Source: Mobula hypostoma
Lineage: Eukaryota
Direction: 5' to 3'
Assembly: GCF_963921235.1 (NCBI RefSeq)
Contig: NC_086097.1
Coordinates: 3,410,001 to 3,474,000, forward strand
Length of the DNA: 64,000 nucleotides
Numbering within the stretch: the first letter of the stretch is position 1; the number at the start of each line of letters is the position of its first letter. The notes beneath the pieces are model-generated. The model did not search any database, was not told where the DNA came from, and worked only from the letters and a program-made list of their open reading frames with translations. Of this stretch, positions 46,681-59,040 are shown piece by piece. The translations under genes and the position numbers were made by a program.

Positions 46681-48282
46681 GGTACAGCGTAGTTTAGAAG
46701 GGCCAAGTATGACTTGAGTTGTGACACATTTTCTGGTTTGGCTGCCTGCAGCACTGCTTCAGTCTTCTCTTGTGACTTATGTAAGTCATGTTTGTCGATG
46801 ACATGTCCACAATATGAGATTTCATTCTTAAATAACTGACATTTCTCTCTCTCTGCAAACAGACCATACTCACTCAGCCTGGTAAGCACGTTATTAAGGT
46901 TCTGGAGGTGCTCTTCATCATTCTTCCCAGTCACAATGATGTCCATAAGACTCTAAAACATAGGATCAGAATGAGGCCATTCAGCCGATCGAGTCTTTTC
47001 CACCATTCCATCATGGCTGATCCCAGATCCCACTCAACCCCAAGGTAACACTGTGTTCCTGGGATATCTTGCAGCACTTGGTCCATTGCTCTTTGCTAAA
47101 TTGCTGGAGCTGATGTGACACCGAAGACGAGACGGTGATACTGGAACAGTCCCTTATGAGTGTTGACTCTGAGGGACATCCTGCCCGACTCCTCAATCTC
47201 CATTTGCAGATAGGCTTGTGACAACTCAATCTTTGAAAACCTCTCCCTGACTGCCAAAGATGCAAAAATATCTTCTATTTGTGGCGGGAGATACCATACA
47301 GTATGCAACACAGGGTTAATGCTCACTTTGAGGTCCCAGAATATGCAGACTGCTCTGGCCTTCCCCTTCCTGATCACTTTGACAATGAGTGTGGCCTAAT
47401 CACTCCACTCAACCTTGGAGAGAAGGCAGGTCGCCTCCAAGCTCTGAAATTCAGCGTCCACTTTAGGACGTAGTGTACTGTATAAGGCATTATAGAATCT
47501 TGGTGTTGCCGTTTCATTCAGTTCAATTCTGGCCTTCATGACTTTGAGTTTACCAATCACCTTTTCAAACACCTTCTCAGTAGCATTAAGCAGCTGTAAC
47601 AGTTTCTGGTTTGTGTCACTGTTTGGGCTACAGTTGCCCGTTGATGATGCATTGAACACTTTCGTGGTATGCCAGTCTAGTTGGATTTTTCTCAACCATG
47701 CACCTCCATTTTTCAATACACAAAGCTCTAACTGCTGTGTTTTGACTCCATATGTCACATTCACTTTCAGTTTGCCTTTGGGAGACACTTTGTGCTCCTG
47801 TGTAGGTCTTTAGCATCACCGAGGTATTTTATAATGGTAACTTAGAAAACAGTCTGTTGCAGTCAGCCTTATCAGTAGTCTACTATAGAGATACAACGTT
47901 GTATCAAGTTTTAGAGTAGTATAGAGAGTTGCAAAGAGATAGAAGTATCATGTAGTATAGAGTTAGAGAGTTGTACAGATTTATAGTGTATAGAGTTCTA
48001 TAGAGTTACAAAGTTGCATACAGTTGCATAGAGTTGTAGAAGTCTTTAGAGTGGGAGTGTTGTATAAGTTGGGGAGTTGTATACAGCTAGAGTTGCAGAG
48101 AGTTAGGGAGCTGCACAGAGTTAGACGTAGAGAGTTGTATAGAGTAAGACATAGAGAGTTGTACAGTTAGACATAGAGAGTTGTATACAGTCCGACACAG
48201 AGAGTCCAGAGTTACAGAGTTGTCCAGAGATAGATTTGTAGAGTTATCTAGAGTCTGCAAAATAGTATAGTGTTAGAGAGTT

Positions 48283-49157
48283 ATGGCTGATCCAATTTTC
48301 CTCTCAGCACCAAACTCCTGCCTTCTCCCCGTATCCCTTCATATCCAGACCAATCAAGAACCTATTGACCTGTGCCTTAAATATACATATAGATGGCTTC
48401 TACAGCTGCCTATGGCAAAGAATTCCACAGATTCACTACTCTCTGGCTAAGGAAATTCCTCTTCATCTCTGTTCTGAAAGGATACCCCTCTATACTGAGG
48501 CTGTGTCCTCTGGTCTTAGACTCTCCCACCATAGGAAACATCCTCTCCACATCTATTCTTTCAGGGCCTTGAGGTCACCCCTCATCCTTTTGAATTCTTG
48601 TGAAGGCAGGCCCAGGGCCATCAAACGTTCTTCATATGAGAAGCCATTCAATCCTGAAATCATTTTCATGAACCTCCTTTTAACCTGTTCCAGTTTCAGC
48701 ACATCCTTTCTAAGATACAGGGCCCAAAACTGCTCACAATACTCACAATGAGACCTCATTAGAGTTTTATAAAGTTTCAGTATTATATCCTTGCTTTTAT
48801 ATTTTAGTCCTCTTGAAATGAATGCTAACATTGCACTTGCCTACCTCACCACAGACGCAACCTGCAAATTAACCTTTAGGGATCCTGTACAAATGACTCC
48901 CAAGTCTCTTTGCACCTCAGTTTTTGTATTTTCTCTCCATTAGGAAATAGTCAACCCTTTCAATTCTTCGGCCAAAGTGCATGGACATAGATTTCCCAAC
49001 ACTGTATTTCATGCACCATTTCTTTGCCCCTTCTCCGAATCTGTCTAGGTCTTTCTGTAGCCTCTCTACTTCCTCAAAACTACAGGCCTCTCCACTGATC
49101 TTCATATCATCTGCAAACTTTGCAACAAAGCCATCTTTTCCATCATCTAAATCATTG
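48283..49157 (-). mobile_element. Decayed CR1 3' portion
   Basis: [17 protein letters not shown] and RMRGDL motifs. Confidence 0.88.
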
Positions 49158-49670
49158 GATGCCTTCCTGCCTGTCCTTTTAATACAATGTGTATCCCTGG
49201 ACATTAAGGTCCCAGTCATAATCTTTCAGCCATGAATCAGTGATGCCTATAACATCACACCCGCAAATCTAACTGTGCTGCAAGATCACCTGCCTTATTC
49301 TGTATACTGTGCACATTCAAATACAACACCTCCAGTCCTGTATTCAACCATAGAGAGTTGTTTTGAGTTGTACCGTGATAGAGTGGTATTACTTTGTACA
49401 GGGTTACAGAGCTGTGTGGAGTTATATAGGGTTACAAGGATATAACGTTGTATTGAGTTGCAGCATAGTATAGAGTTTTAGAGTAGTGTGGAGTTCTTGA
49501 GTGGTAAAGAGTGAGAGTGAGAGAATTAGGGAGTTGTATGGTGTTAGAGAGTTGTTTAGAGGTATAGAGTTGTATGGAGTTGGACAGTTGTATGGAGTTA
49601 GAGAGTTGTTTAGAGATATAAACCACTACAGAGTTATGGAGAAGTATAGAACTATTGAGTTGTATAGTGT

Positions 49671-50925
49671 TCTAGGGTTGTGCTGAGGTGTATGGTGTTG
49701 TGTTGAGGTGTATGGAGTTGTGTTGAGGTGTATAGTATTGGGTTGAGGTGCATAGAGATGTGTTGAGGTGTATAGTATTGGGTTGAGGTGTATAGAGTTG
49801 TGTTGAGGTGTATAGTATTGGGTTGAGGTGCATAGAGTTGTGTTGAGGTGTACAGTGTTGTGTTGAGGTGTATGGAATTGTGTTGAGGTGCACAGTGTTG
49901 TGTTGAGGTGTATAGTGTTGTGTTGAGGTGCACAGTGTTGTGTTGAGGTGTATAGAGTTGTGTTGAGGTGTACAGTGTTGTGTTGAGGTGTATAGAGTTG
50001 TGTTGAGGTGTATAGAATTGTGTTGAGGTGTATGGAATAGAGTTGTGTTGAGGTGTACAGTGTTGTGTTGAGGTGTACAGTGTTGTGTTGAGGTGTATAG
50101 AGTTGTGTTGAGGTGTATGGAGTTGTGTTGAGGTGTATAGAGTTGTGTTGAGGTGTATAGTGTTGTGTTGAGGTGTATGGAGTTGTGTTGAGGTGTATAG
50201 AGTTGTGTTGAGGTGTATAGTGTTGTGTTGAGGTGTATGGAGTTGTGTTGAGGTGTACAGTGTTGTGTTGAGGTGTATGGAGTTGTGTTGAGGTGTACAG
50301 TGTTGTGTTGAGGTGCACAGTGTTGTGTTGAGGTGTATAGAGTTGTGTTGAGGTGTATAGAGTTGTGTTGAGGTGTATAGAGTTGTGTTGAGGTGTATAG
50401 AATTGTGTTGAGGTGTATGGAATTGTGTTGAGGTGCACAGTGTTGTGTTGAGGTCTACAGTGTTGTGTTGAGGTGTATAGAGTTGTGTTGAGGTGTACAG
50501 TGTTGTGTTGAGGTGTACAGTGTTGTGTTGAGGTGTATAGAGTTGTGTTGAGGTGTATAGTGTTGTGTTGAGGTGTATGGAGTTGTGTTGAGGTGTATAG
50601 AGTTGTGTTGAGGTGTATAGTGTTGTGTTGAGGTGTATGGAGTTGTGTTGAGGTGTATAGAGTTGTGTTGAGGTGTACAGTGTTGTGTTGAGGTGTATAG
50701 AGTTGTGTTGAAGTGTATAGAGTTGTGTTGAGGTGTACAGAGTTGTGTTGAGGTGTACAGTGTTGTGTTGAGGTGTATAGAGTTGTGTTGAGGTGTATAG
50801 AGTTGTGTTGAGGTGTACAGTGTTGTGTTGAGGTGTATAGAGTTGTGTTGAGGTGTACAGTGTTGTGTTGAGGTGTATAGAGTTGTGTTGAGGTGTATAG
50901 TGTTGTGTTGAGGTGTATAGAGTTG
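49671..50925 (+). repeat. 20-bp minisatellite TGTTGAGGTG-TATAGAGTTG, ~62 copies
   Basis: Directly visible. The first decamer is nearly invariant; the second varies (tatagagttg, tacagtgttg, tatggagttg, cacagtgttg and others). Confidence 0.98.
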
Positions 50926-52431
50926 GAGACTTGCACAGAGTCAGACAGTTGCATAGAGTTAGAGGGTTATAGATTTGTATAGATTTAGAGTCGTACAGAG
51001 TTGGAGAGTTATGGAGTTGTACATAGTTAGAAACTGATGACCTTGTATATGTTACAGAGATATAATGTGTGGATTTATAGTTCAAGAGTGGTATAGAATT
51101 AGAGTGTTATAAACTTAGAGAGTTGTATAGGGTTGTAGGGTTCTGGAGTTGTGTGAGAGTTGTCTTCATTATGTAGAGTTATAGAGATATAACATTGCGT
51201 CTAGTTATAGAGTTCTAAAGAGTTAGAAAGTTACAGATTTGTATAGAGTAAGGAAGTTGTATGGAGTTTTTGTTTTGTATATTTACAGAGTTAAAACAGT
51301 TATAAATTTATAGCATTGTATAGAGTTATAGAATTGTATGGAGTTAGAGTGTAGTTTCAAGAGAAGGAGTCAGTGAGCAGCCCATTGCTGTGTAGCCCAC
51401 TGTGGCAGGCGCGTAGGCCTCTTCGCTTTGTGTGGTGTCCTTCTCTTGTTGCTGATATCGCAGGATGGTATCGTGGTTCTGCGTTTATGAATTGGACTAT
51501 TGTGTTAATGGACCGTAGACATTTTCACACTTATGGTTTTTTCTCACCCATTCCTTTTCCATTTTGCTTTGCGAGTGGAGGGTGTTTGAGGGCTGATACT
51601 TCGTCGTGTTCCATTAGATTTTTTTGTGCGGGACTGGGGTTGTTTTTTGGGGATGATGTTCCTGTTTTATTTTGCATGACAGGAGGGAGTTTGATGATCA
51701 GGATGTCATCCTTTTTTATTTGGGGTGGTGGGGGGGTCAGCTTAATGTTTCATTTTGAATGGTTTTCGTGTTCTTCGATATTTCATGGCTATCTGCAGAA
51801 GACGAGTTTCAGAGTTGCATATGGATAAATGTTTTGATAATCAGTGAACCACTGGACCTTTAAACCTTTGATATTACTGAGCCGTATGATCTATAGAGCT
51901 GTATTGAGTTAGAGAGTAGGATAGCATTGCAGAGTTATATAGAGTTGCAGAGTGGTATAGCGTTGGAGATTTGTATAGAGATAGAGAGTGGTATAGAGTT
52001 CTACAGTTATAGTTTTGTAGGTTGTATAGAGTTAAATAGAGTTAGAGAGTTTAAATGTTGTATACATTTATAGAGTTGTATGGAGATAAGGTGTTGTATA
52101 AATTAGGGAGTGGAATAGATTTAGAGAGTTATAGACTTGTATATAGGTATAGAGTTATAACATTATGTACAGTGATAGTATTTTAACATTGTGTACAGTT
52201 TGAGAGTTGCAGATTTGTGTAGAGTTATTGAGTTGTATAGAGTTAGAGATACAGAGCTGTGTGGTGTTACAGAGTTGGAGAGTTGTATGAAGTTATAGAG
52301 TTGTTTGTGGTTATAAACCACTACAGAGTTATGGAGAAGTATCGAGCTATAGAGTTTAACAGGTCAATAGGTATATTTAATGTCAGAGTAATGTATACTA
52401 TATACATCTTGAAATTCCTTTTCTTTGCAAA

Positions 52432-53007
52432 TGTAAGACCCTGAGAAAGGTTTCACTGCTAATGTAATGGTCTTTCTGTAGCACAGTGTTTGGGTTATGG
52501 CTGGAGATAACGGGGGCTTTGAAATGTGTGCTGTCCAATGAAGGGAGTGTTTTTTTCTAGTTGTGTGCCTGACAACGAGGTAATCTGGGTCTTTTGTTTG
52601 GTGGAAGATGGAAAGAGAAGATGCCAGAAAGGAGAGGTTGTAGACATCAGAAAGGAGTGGACTTGAAGTGGGGCCGGGAGTCAACAAAGCCCGAGGAAAT
52701 TGATGGAGGACCAGTGGAAGGGAAACCGTGAGCTCCAACTTGTGCACATTAGACTATTTCATTAAAATGGGCCCTTTTCATTTTGTTTTACTATACTAAC
52801 CCTTTAGTCAAATTAAGAATTATAAATCTAAATTGTTTAATTGCATATGGCGTACTATCTTGTTATTTCGTGGTGCTGACTTGTACCAGGGTAACACATC
52901 ACACAGCATCTACACAAACAGGAGGCTTTGCACCGCAGTCTCATGTTTAGTGGGGCCAGAGATAGTCTACCCTAGACTTGCGCAGCCAACGCAACCTGAG
53001 TGTTACA
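52432..53007. mobile_element. Probable solo LTR
   Basis: tgtaagac...gtgttaca termini with an exact 4-bp TSD caaa (52428-52431 / 53008-53011). It splits another repeat. Confidence 0.7.
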
Positions 53008-54266
53008 CAAACATCACAAAAACAGAGGAGTGCCCCAAAGAATGAATGACTGTTAAATGTTAGAACCCCCCACCCCCCACCTCCACCCCAGCTCCCCCTC
53101 CCACACACCAGCAGCAGCAAGGCAACAACTCCCCCACCCCCACCAGCAAAAAGCATCGGCACCCTCCACCGAGCACGCAAGCATGCAGCAAGCATCAATA
53201 TAGACACAGACTTGCAGTACCCCAAAAACTACTCATTCAACCAGTCATTTGACATACCACAGGCTCTCTCTCTCTAATGAGGGAGAACGAGATCTCCCTG
53301 TTTCACAGTGAAAGGGGAGACATAACAACTCACTTGTTCACGATGTTAAAAGTCTGTTGCTTTGTTTTTCCTGAGCTCTGCACCCAGACAGCCGGCTCCA
53401 GAAAGGCGCAGTTCTCTGGGTACAGTTCCCGGCAGCTAACCCGCTGCTCTCGATGTTCCATGTTCTCCCGCAACGCTTCAGTCAGGGGCACCGGCCTAGA
53501 ATCAGCACATCCCCAGAGCCACGGAAATCCAGAACCCTGAACGCATGCTCGTCTTCCAGGCGCATCCTTGGGATATCTAGTGTCTTGTGTTCTAGAGTTG
53601 TGTTGAGGTGTTTAGAGTTGGAGTGTTATGAATTTGTATAGAGTTAGGGAGTTGTACAGATGCAAAGATATGGACTTGTATATAGCCTAGAGTTGTATAT
53701 AGTTCTACAGTTGTGTAGAGTTCTAGAGATGTGCAGAGTTGCTTCACATGTGCAGAGTGTACAAATACTTCCTATAGGTTAGTTTCATACTGATTTCTAG
53801 TTTCACTGATGGCATTTGCTCTATTCCACATCCATCTTCTGAGGATGGCAATAAGCAGGCATTTTGCATTGTCCAAGTTCAGTTTATTGTCTTTCAGCCA
53901 TACACAGGTATATCACCAACAAGCAACGTTCCTCCAGAGCCAGCAGTTCTCAACCTGGACTCTATGGACCCCTTGTTTAATGGTATTCTCATTCAACCAT
54001 ACACAGGTATATATATATATACCACCAAACAAACCAATGCACCTCTGGACCAAGGTGCACAACACAGTACATATAACTCACACAACACATAAAGTAATTT
54101 TACCATAAATAAATTAACAAGAATACAGGCAAAATAAATTCTAGTGGTTGAAAATTTGCTCACATTAGGCAAGTCAGAGAAAGGTATGGAGCTAATGGGA
54201 TTTGTGTAAATGGGCAACATGGTTAGACCGAACGTGTGGGCTGAGAGGCCATTTCCTGCTAAACAA

Positions 54267-54480
54267 TTCTAACTCTATACAAATCTGGAACATTCTATCT
54301 CTATACAACTTTATAACTCTGTACAGCTCTAGACAACTCCCCAACTCTAGCCAGCACTAGAACACAAAGCATCTCTGGAATGCCATGCATCTCTAGAGCA
54401 CTATGCAGCTCTAGAACACGATGCAACTCCATATCTCCCTGACACTTTACAACTCTAAATCTACACAACTCTATAACCCT
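54267..54480 (-). repeat. Inverted block of the degenerate satellite
   Basis: aactctatac / acaactct words are the reverse complement of the 47880-53760 motif. Confidence 0.75.
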
Positions 54481-54694
54481 CATGATTTCATGATAGATCT
54501 CATGATTTTATTGGTATAACTTTACACAGTTTGATCGGTACAAATGAAAGCTCCCTCAGAAAGTCCAGTGGTTTTAAGCTCCTTGCATTAGACCAACTGC
54601 CGAGGGAAGGAGCTGAAACCCCGAGACTACAAGAGCAAGGGAGGTTTTGCTCAGTCAGGCATTAAAGTGCTGACAAGCATCTCCACTTCAACAT

Positions 54695-55850
54695 GACAAG
54701 GTCCCGCATGGGAGGTTAGTTAGGAAAATTCAGTCGCTAGGTATACATGGAGAGGTGGTAAATTGGATTAGACATTGGCTCAATGGAAGAAGCCAGAGAG
54801 TGGTAGCGGAGGATTGCTTCTCCGAGTGGAGGCCTGTGACTAGTGGTGTGCCACAGGGATCAGTGCTGCGTCCATTGTTATTTGTCATCTATATCAATGA
54901 TCTGGATGATAATGTGGTAAATTGCATCAGCAAATTTGCTGATGATACAAAGATTGGAGGTGTAGTGGACAGTGAGGAAGGTTTTCAAAGCTTGCAGAGG
55001 GATTTGGACCAGCTGGAAAAATGGGCTGAAAAATGGCAGATGGAGTTTAACACAGACAAGTGTGAGGTATTGCACTTTGGAAGGACAAACCAAGGTAGAA
55101 CATACAGGGTTAATGGTAGGGCACTGAGGAGTGCAGTAGAACATAGGGATCTGGGAATACAATACAAAATTCCCTAAAAGTGGCGTCACAGGTAGATAGG
55201 GTCATAAAGAGAGCTTTTGGTACATTGGCCTTTATTAATCAAAGTATTGAGTATAAGAGCTGGAGTGTTATGGTGAGGTTGTATAAGGCATTGGTGAGGC
55301 CGAATCTGGAGTATTGTGTTCAGTTTTGGTCACCAAATTACAGGAAGGATATAAATAAAGTTGAAAGAGTGCAGAGAAGGTTTACAAGGATGTTGCCGGG
55401 ACTTGAGAAACTCAGTTACAGAGAAAGGTTGAATAGGTTAGGACTTTATTCCCTGGAGCGTAGAAGAATGAGGGGAGATTTGGTAGAGGTATATAAAATT
55501 ATAATGGGTATAGATAGAGTGAATGCAAGCAGGCTTTTTCCACTGAGGCAAGGGGAGAAAAAAACCAGAGGACATGGGTTAAGGGTGAAAGGGGAGAAGT
55601 TTAAAGGGAACATTAGCGGGGGCTTCTTCACACAGAGAGTGGTGGGAGTGTGGAATGAGCTGCCAGACGAGGTGGTAAATGCAGGTTCTTTTTTAACATT
55701 TAAGAATAAATTGGACAGATACATGGATGGGAGGTGTATGGAGGGATACGGTCCGTGTGCAGGTCAGTGGGACTTGGCAGGAAACGGTTCGGCATAGCCA
55801 AGAAGGGCCAAAAGGCCTGTTACTGTGCTGTAGTTTCTGTGGTTTCTATA
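54695..55850 (+). mobile_element. CR1 3' portion (RT C-half), one frameshift
   Basis: ORFs 54755-55177 (GVPQGSVL, SKFADD) and 55180-55797. Confidence 0.93.
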
Positions 55851-55914
55851 ACAATGGGAAAGCAATAGTCCCCAGGTCCCAGTATCACCTTCCTCCAGCT
55901 ACTCCGACACTGAG

Positions 55915-56300
55915 CAATCAGAAAGAGAATCAGGTTTAATACCACTGACATATGTGAAATTTGCTGTTTGTGACAGCAGAACAGTGCAATACATGATAAA
56001 AGAGTATTAATTACAATAAAAGATCTAGATGCAAAAATTAGGAACTGAATAAAGAGAGGGAAAAACAGTAGTGAGGTAGTGTACATGGGTTGATGGTCCA
56101 TTCAGAAATCTGATAGTGGTGGGGAAGAAGATGTTCCTGAAACATTGAGGGAGTGTCTTCAGACTCCTGTAGCTCCTCCCTGATGGTCACAATGAGAAGA
56201 GAGCGTGTTCTGGGAGACAGGGCTCCTTAGTGATGGATGCTGCATCTTGAAGATGTTGTCGATGGTGGGAGGGCGAGTGCTCATGATGGAGCTCAGCTTT
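55915..56300 (-). mobile_element. Rex1/Babar 3' fragment
   Basis: Reversed tail aatcaggtttaat and gatggatgctgc; homologous to 8150-8300. Confidence 0.65.
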
Positions 56301-56339
56301 GAGTGAAAAAATGGAAAGAACTGCATGCTGATTGTGCCT

Positions 56340-58380
56340 TAAGACATAGGAGCAGAATTAGGCCATTCAGCCCATCGAGTCTGCTCCACTGTTCCATCAT
56401 GGCTGATCCCGGATCCCTCTCAACTCCGTACACCTGCCTTCTCGCCATATCCTGTGATGCCCCGACTAATCAGAAAACGATTAACTTCCACCTTAAGTAT
56501 ACACACAGACTTGGCCTCCACCGTGTTCTGCGGCAGATCATTCCACAGATTCACTACACTCTGACTAAAAAAATTTCTCCTTCAAATTCATTTTCTCACT
56601 GTTACCATCAAGTAGGAGGTACAGAACCCTGAAGGCACACACTCAGTGATTCAGGAACAGCTTCTTTCCCTCTGCCAACCGATTCCTAAATGGACATTGA
56701 ACCCCTGGACACTACCTCACTTATTCATATATATTATTTCTGTTGTTTTCATGGTTTTTAATCTATTCAATATATATATATATATATACAGTTTTTTTTA
56801 TTAATTTATAGTATTTCAGTTTTTTGCACTATTTTTAATCTATTCAATATTTGTATACTATAATTGATTTACTTATTTATTATTATTATTTTATTTTGTG
56901 TTTTCTTCTTCTATATTATGTATTGCATTGAACTGCTGCTGCTAAGTTAACAAATTTCACAACACATGCCGGTGATAATAAACCTGATTCTGATTTTCAT
57001 TCCTTACCTCCTCTCTAAAAGGTCACCCCTCAGTTTTGAGGCTGTGTCCTCTAGATCTGGATAGCCCCACCATAGGAAACATCCTCTCCACACCCAGCCT
57101 GTCTAGTCCTTCCACATTCGGTAGGTTTCAATGAGATACCGCTGCATTCTTCTAAGTTCCAGTGAGTACAGGCCCAAAGCTACCAAACATTCCTGGAATC
57201 ATCCTTGTGAAGCTCCTCTGGACTCTCTCCAATGACAACACAACCTTTCTGAGATATGAGGCCCAAATCTGTTGACAATACTCCAAGAGCGGTCTGACTA
57301 GTGTCTTGCAAAGCCTCAGCATTATCTCCTTGCTTTTATATTCTATTCCCCTTGAAATAAATGGCAACATTGCATTTGCTTTCTTTACCACAGACTCAAC
57401 CTGTAAAAATTACTCTTCTGTGAGGCTTGCCCAAGGACTCCCAAGTCCCTTTGTTCCTCTGCTGTTTGAATCTTCTCCCCATTTAGATAATAGTCTGCAC
57501 TATTGTTCCTTTTACCAAAATACATTATCATACATTTCCCAACACTGTATTCCATCTGCCACTTCTTTGTCCATTCTTCCAAATTGTCAAAGTCCTGCTG
57601 CAATCGCATTGCTTCCTCAGCACTACCTACCCCTCCACCTATCTTCATATCAACTGCAAACTTTGCCACAAAGCCGTCAATTCCATTATTTAAATCAGTG
57701 ACAAACAATGTGGAAAGTAGCAGTCTCAATATTGACCCCTCAAGAACACCACTGGTCAGTGGCAGCCAACCAGAAAAGGCCCCTTTTATTCCCACTCACT
57801 GCCTCCTGCCTGTCAGCCATTCCACTATCCATGCCTCTTTCCTGTAAAGCCATAGGATTTTAATCTGTTAAGCAGCCTCATGTGTGGTATCTTATCAAAC
57901 GCCTTCTGAAAATCCAAGTAAATGACATCCACTGCCTCTCCTTCATCTGCACTGCTTGTTACTTCCTTGAAGAACTCGAACAGATTAGTCGGGCAAGATT
58001 CCCCTTTACAGAAACCATGCTGACTTTGACTTATTTTATGATTATTCTCCAAGTACCCAAGAATCTCATCCTTAACAATAGATCCCAACACTTTCCCAAC
58101 CAATGAGGTTAGGCTAACTGGCCTATAATTTCCTTTCTTTTGCCTCTCTCAGGACTCAGGACTCCATCTGGTCCAGGTGACTTATCCACCTTAGGGCCTT
58201 TGAGTTTGCCTTGCACATTTTCCTTGGTAATAGCAATGGCACTCACTCCTGCTCCCTGACACCCACAGACATCTAGCACACTGCTCATGGCTTCCACGGT
58301 GAAGACAGATGCAAAGTACCTATTAAGTTCATCTGCCATTTCTTTGTCCCCTATTACTACCTCACCAGCATCATTTTCCT
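56340..58380 (-). mobile_element. Decayed CR1 split by a + strand Rex1 tail (~56585-56995)
   Basis: [13 protein letters not shown] and LVRPLLEYC motifs. The insert ends aataaacctgattctgatt. Confidence 0.85.
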
Positions 58381-58449
58381 GCCTTATGGAAACTCGGCCA
58401 AAGGGCTGGCACGTAGTGAGTTATTATGTAGTTCAACATAAAATTACCG

Positions 58450-59040
58450 TTGAGGCCCTCCGTTGGTTAGGGTTGACCGTGAATGGTGTGACCCAACTGT
58501 CTACATGACTTGCAAACCAGTACAGAGGCCAGGGCAGTACGATATAGAGAGCAAGCTGTTACCCAGGCAGCAGGCTCCCCCACCTCCCCCCGGTGAATCC
58601 AGTGGAGTGGCAGAGACCGATACAGTTGTACAGGAGTTGCCAGTCAGTATTGAACTCAATATAGGACTGCCTTAAGGATTTTAGTTCTGGATTTTTCCTT
58701 GGGGTTTACGCAGGAAGCCTTCCCCATGAGCGGATATAGCCAGAAGGCAGCGGAGGGTTGAGGTCAGAGCTTTCCTTCTCCTAGATCAGGGATTCCCAAC
58801 CTGGGGTTCATGGACCCTTTGCTTAATGGTATTGGTCCATGGCATAAAAAAGGTTGGGAACCTCTGTCCTAGATGAAGAGCCCCATATGCCCAAAGCGAC
58901 TGGGCAACCTGCCTTTGCCCCATTTCCTGTCAGTAGAAATAGCTCCACTGGGCTTAGTAGCTAAGTCACATGTGAAGGCCAGGAGCTGGCCTTGGTTGTC
59001 AGAGACTTTTTGAGATGCATGGCATTGGGAGCACTTAACA
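58450..59040 (-). mobile_element. Possible RTE-clade derived fragment hosting the MITE
   Basis: Resembles fish RTE 5'-region sequence as recalled (gagagcaagctgtt.ccca.gcagcaggctcccc; gctttccttctcctagat). No ORF support. Confidence 0.4.
58787..58866. mobile_element. 80-bp hAT/Charlie-type MITE
   Basis: 16-bp TIRs cagggattcccaacct / aggttgggaacctctg and an exact 8-bp TSD tcctagat. Confidence 0.9.

Larger units (their letters stand above)
42165..47875 (-). mobile_element. Decayed Ty3/Gypsy (Mag-like) LTR retrotransposon with at least four later insertions
   Basis: RT (FSKIELSQAYLQ, DIIVTGKNDEEHL), RNase H (LACDVSPYGIGAILSH) and integrase (PWQRVHIDFA, IVSDNRPQY). PPT aaagagggaggagg abuts a putative 3' LTR tgtaatg...acaaca (42343-42165). 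No 5' LTR is visible. Confidence 0.85.
47880..53760 (+). repeat. Degenerate TATAGAGTTG-based satellite domain interrupted by TEs
   Basis: agagttg / tatagag words recur at 47880-48283, 49350-49670, 50926-51355, 51880-52360 and 53580-53760. Confidence 0.8.

Noticed and set aside
49671..50925. CRISPR-like look of a constant 10-mer alternating with a variable 10-mer
   Set aside because: The variable parts are point variants of one decamer rather than unique spacers. The context is eukaryotic and there are no cas genes.
49626..51085. 442-aa and 477-aa minus-strand ORFs rich in T/H/Q/Y
   Set aside because: They are translations of the 20-bp minisatellite, whose minus strand lacks stop codons in overlapping frames. 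There is no non-repetitive domain.
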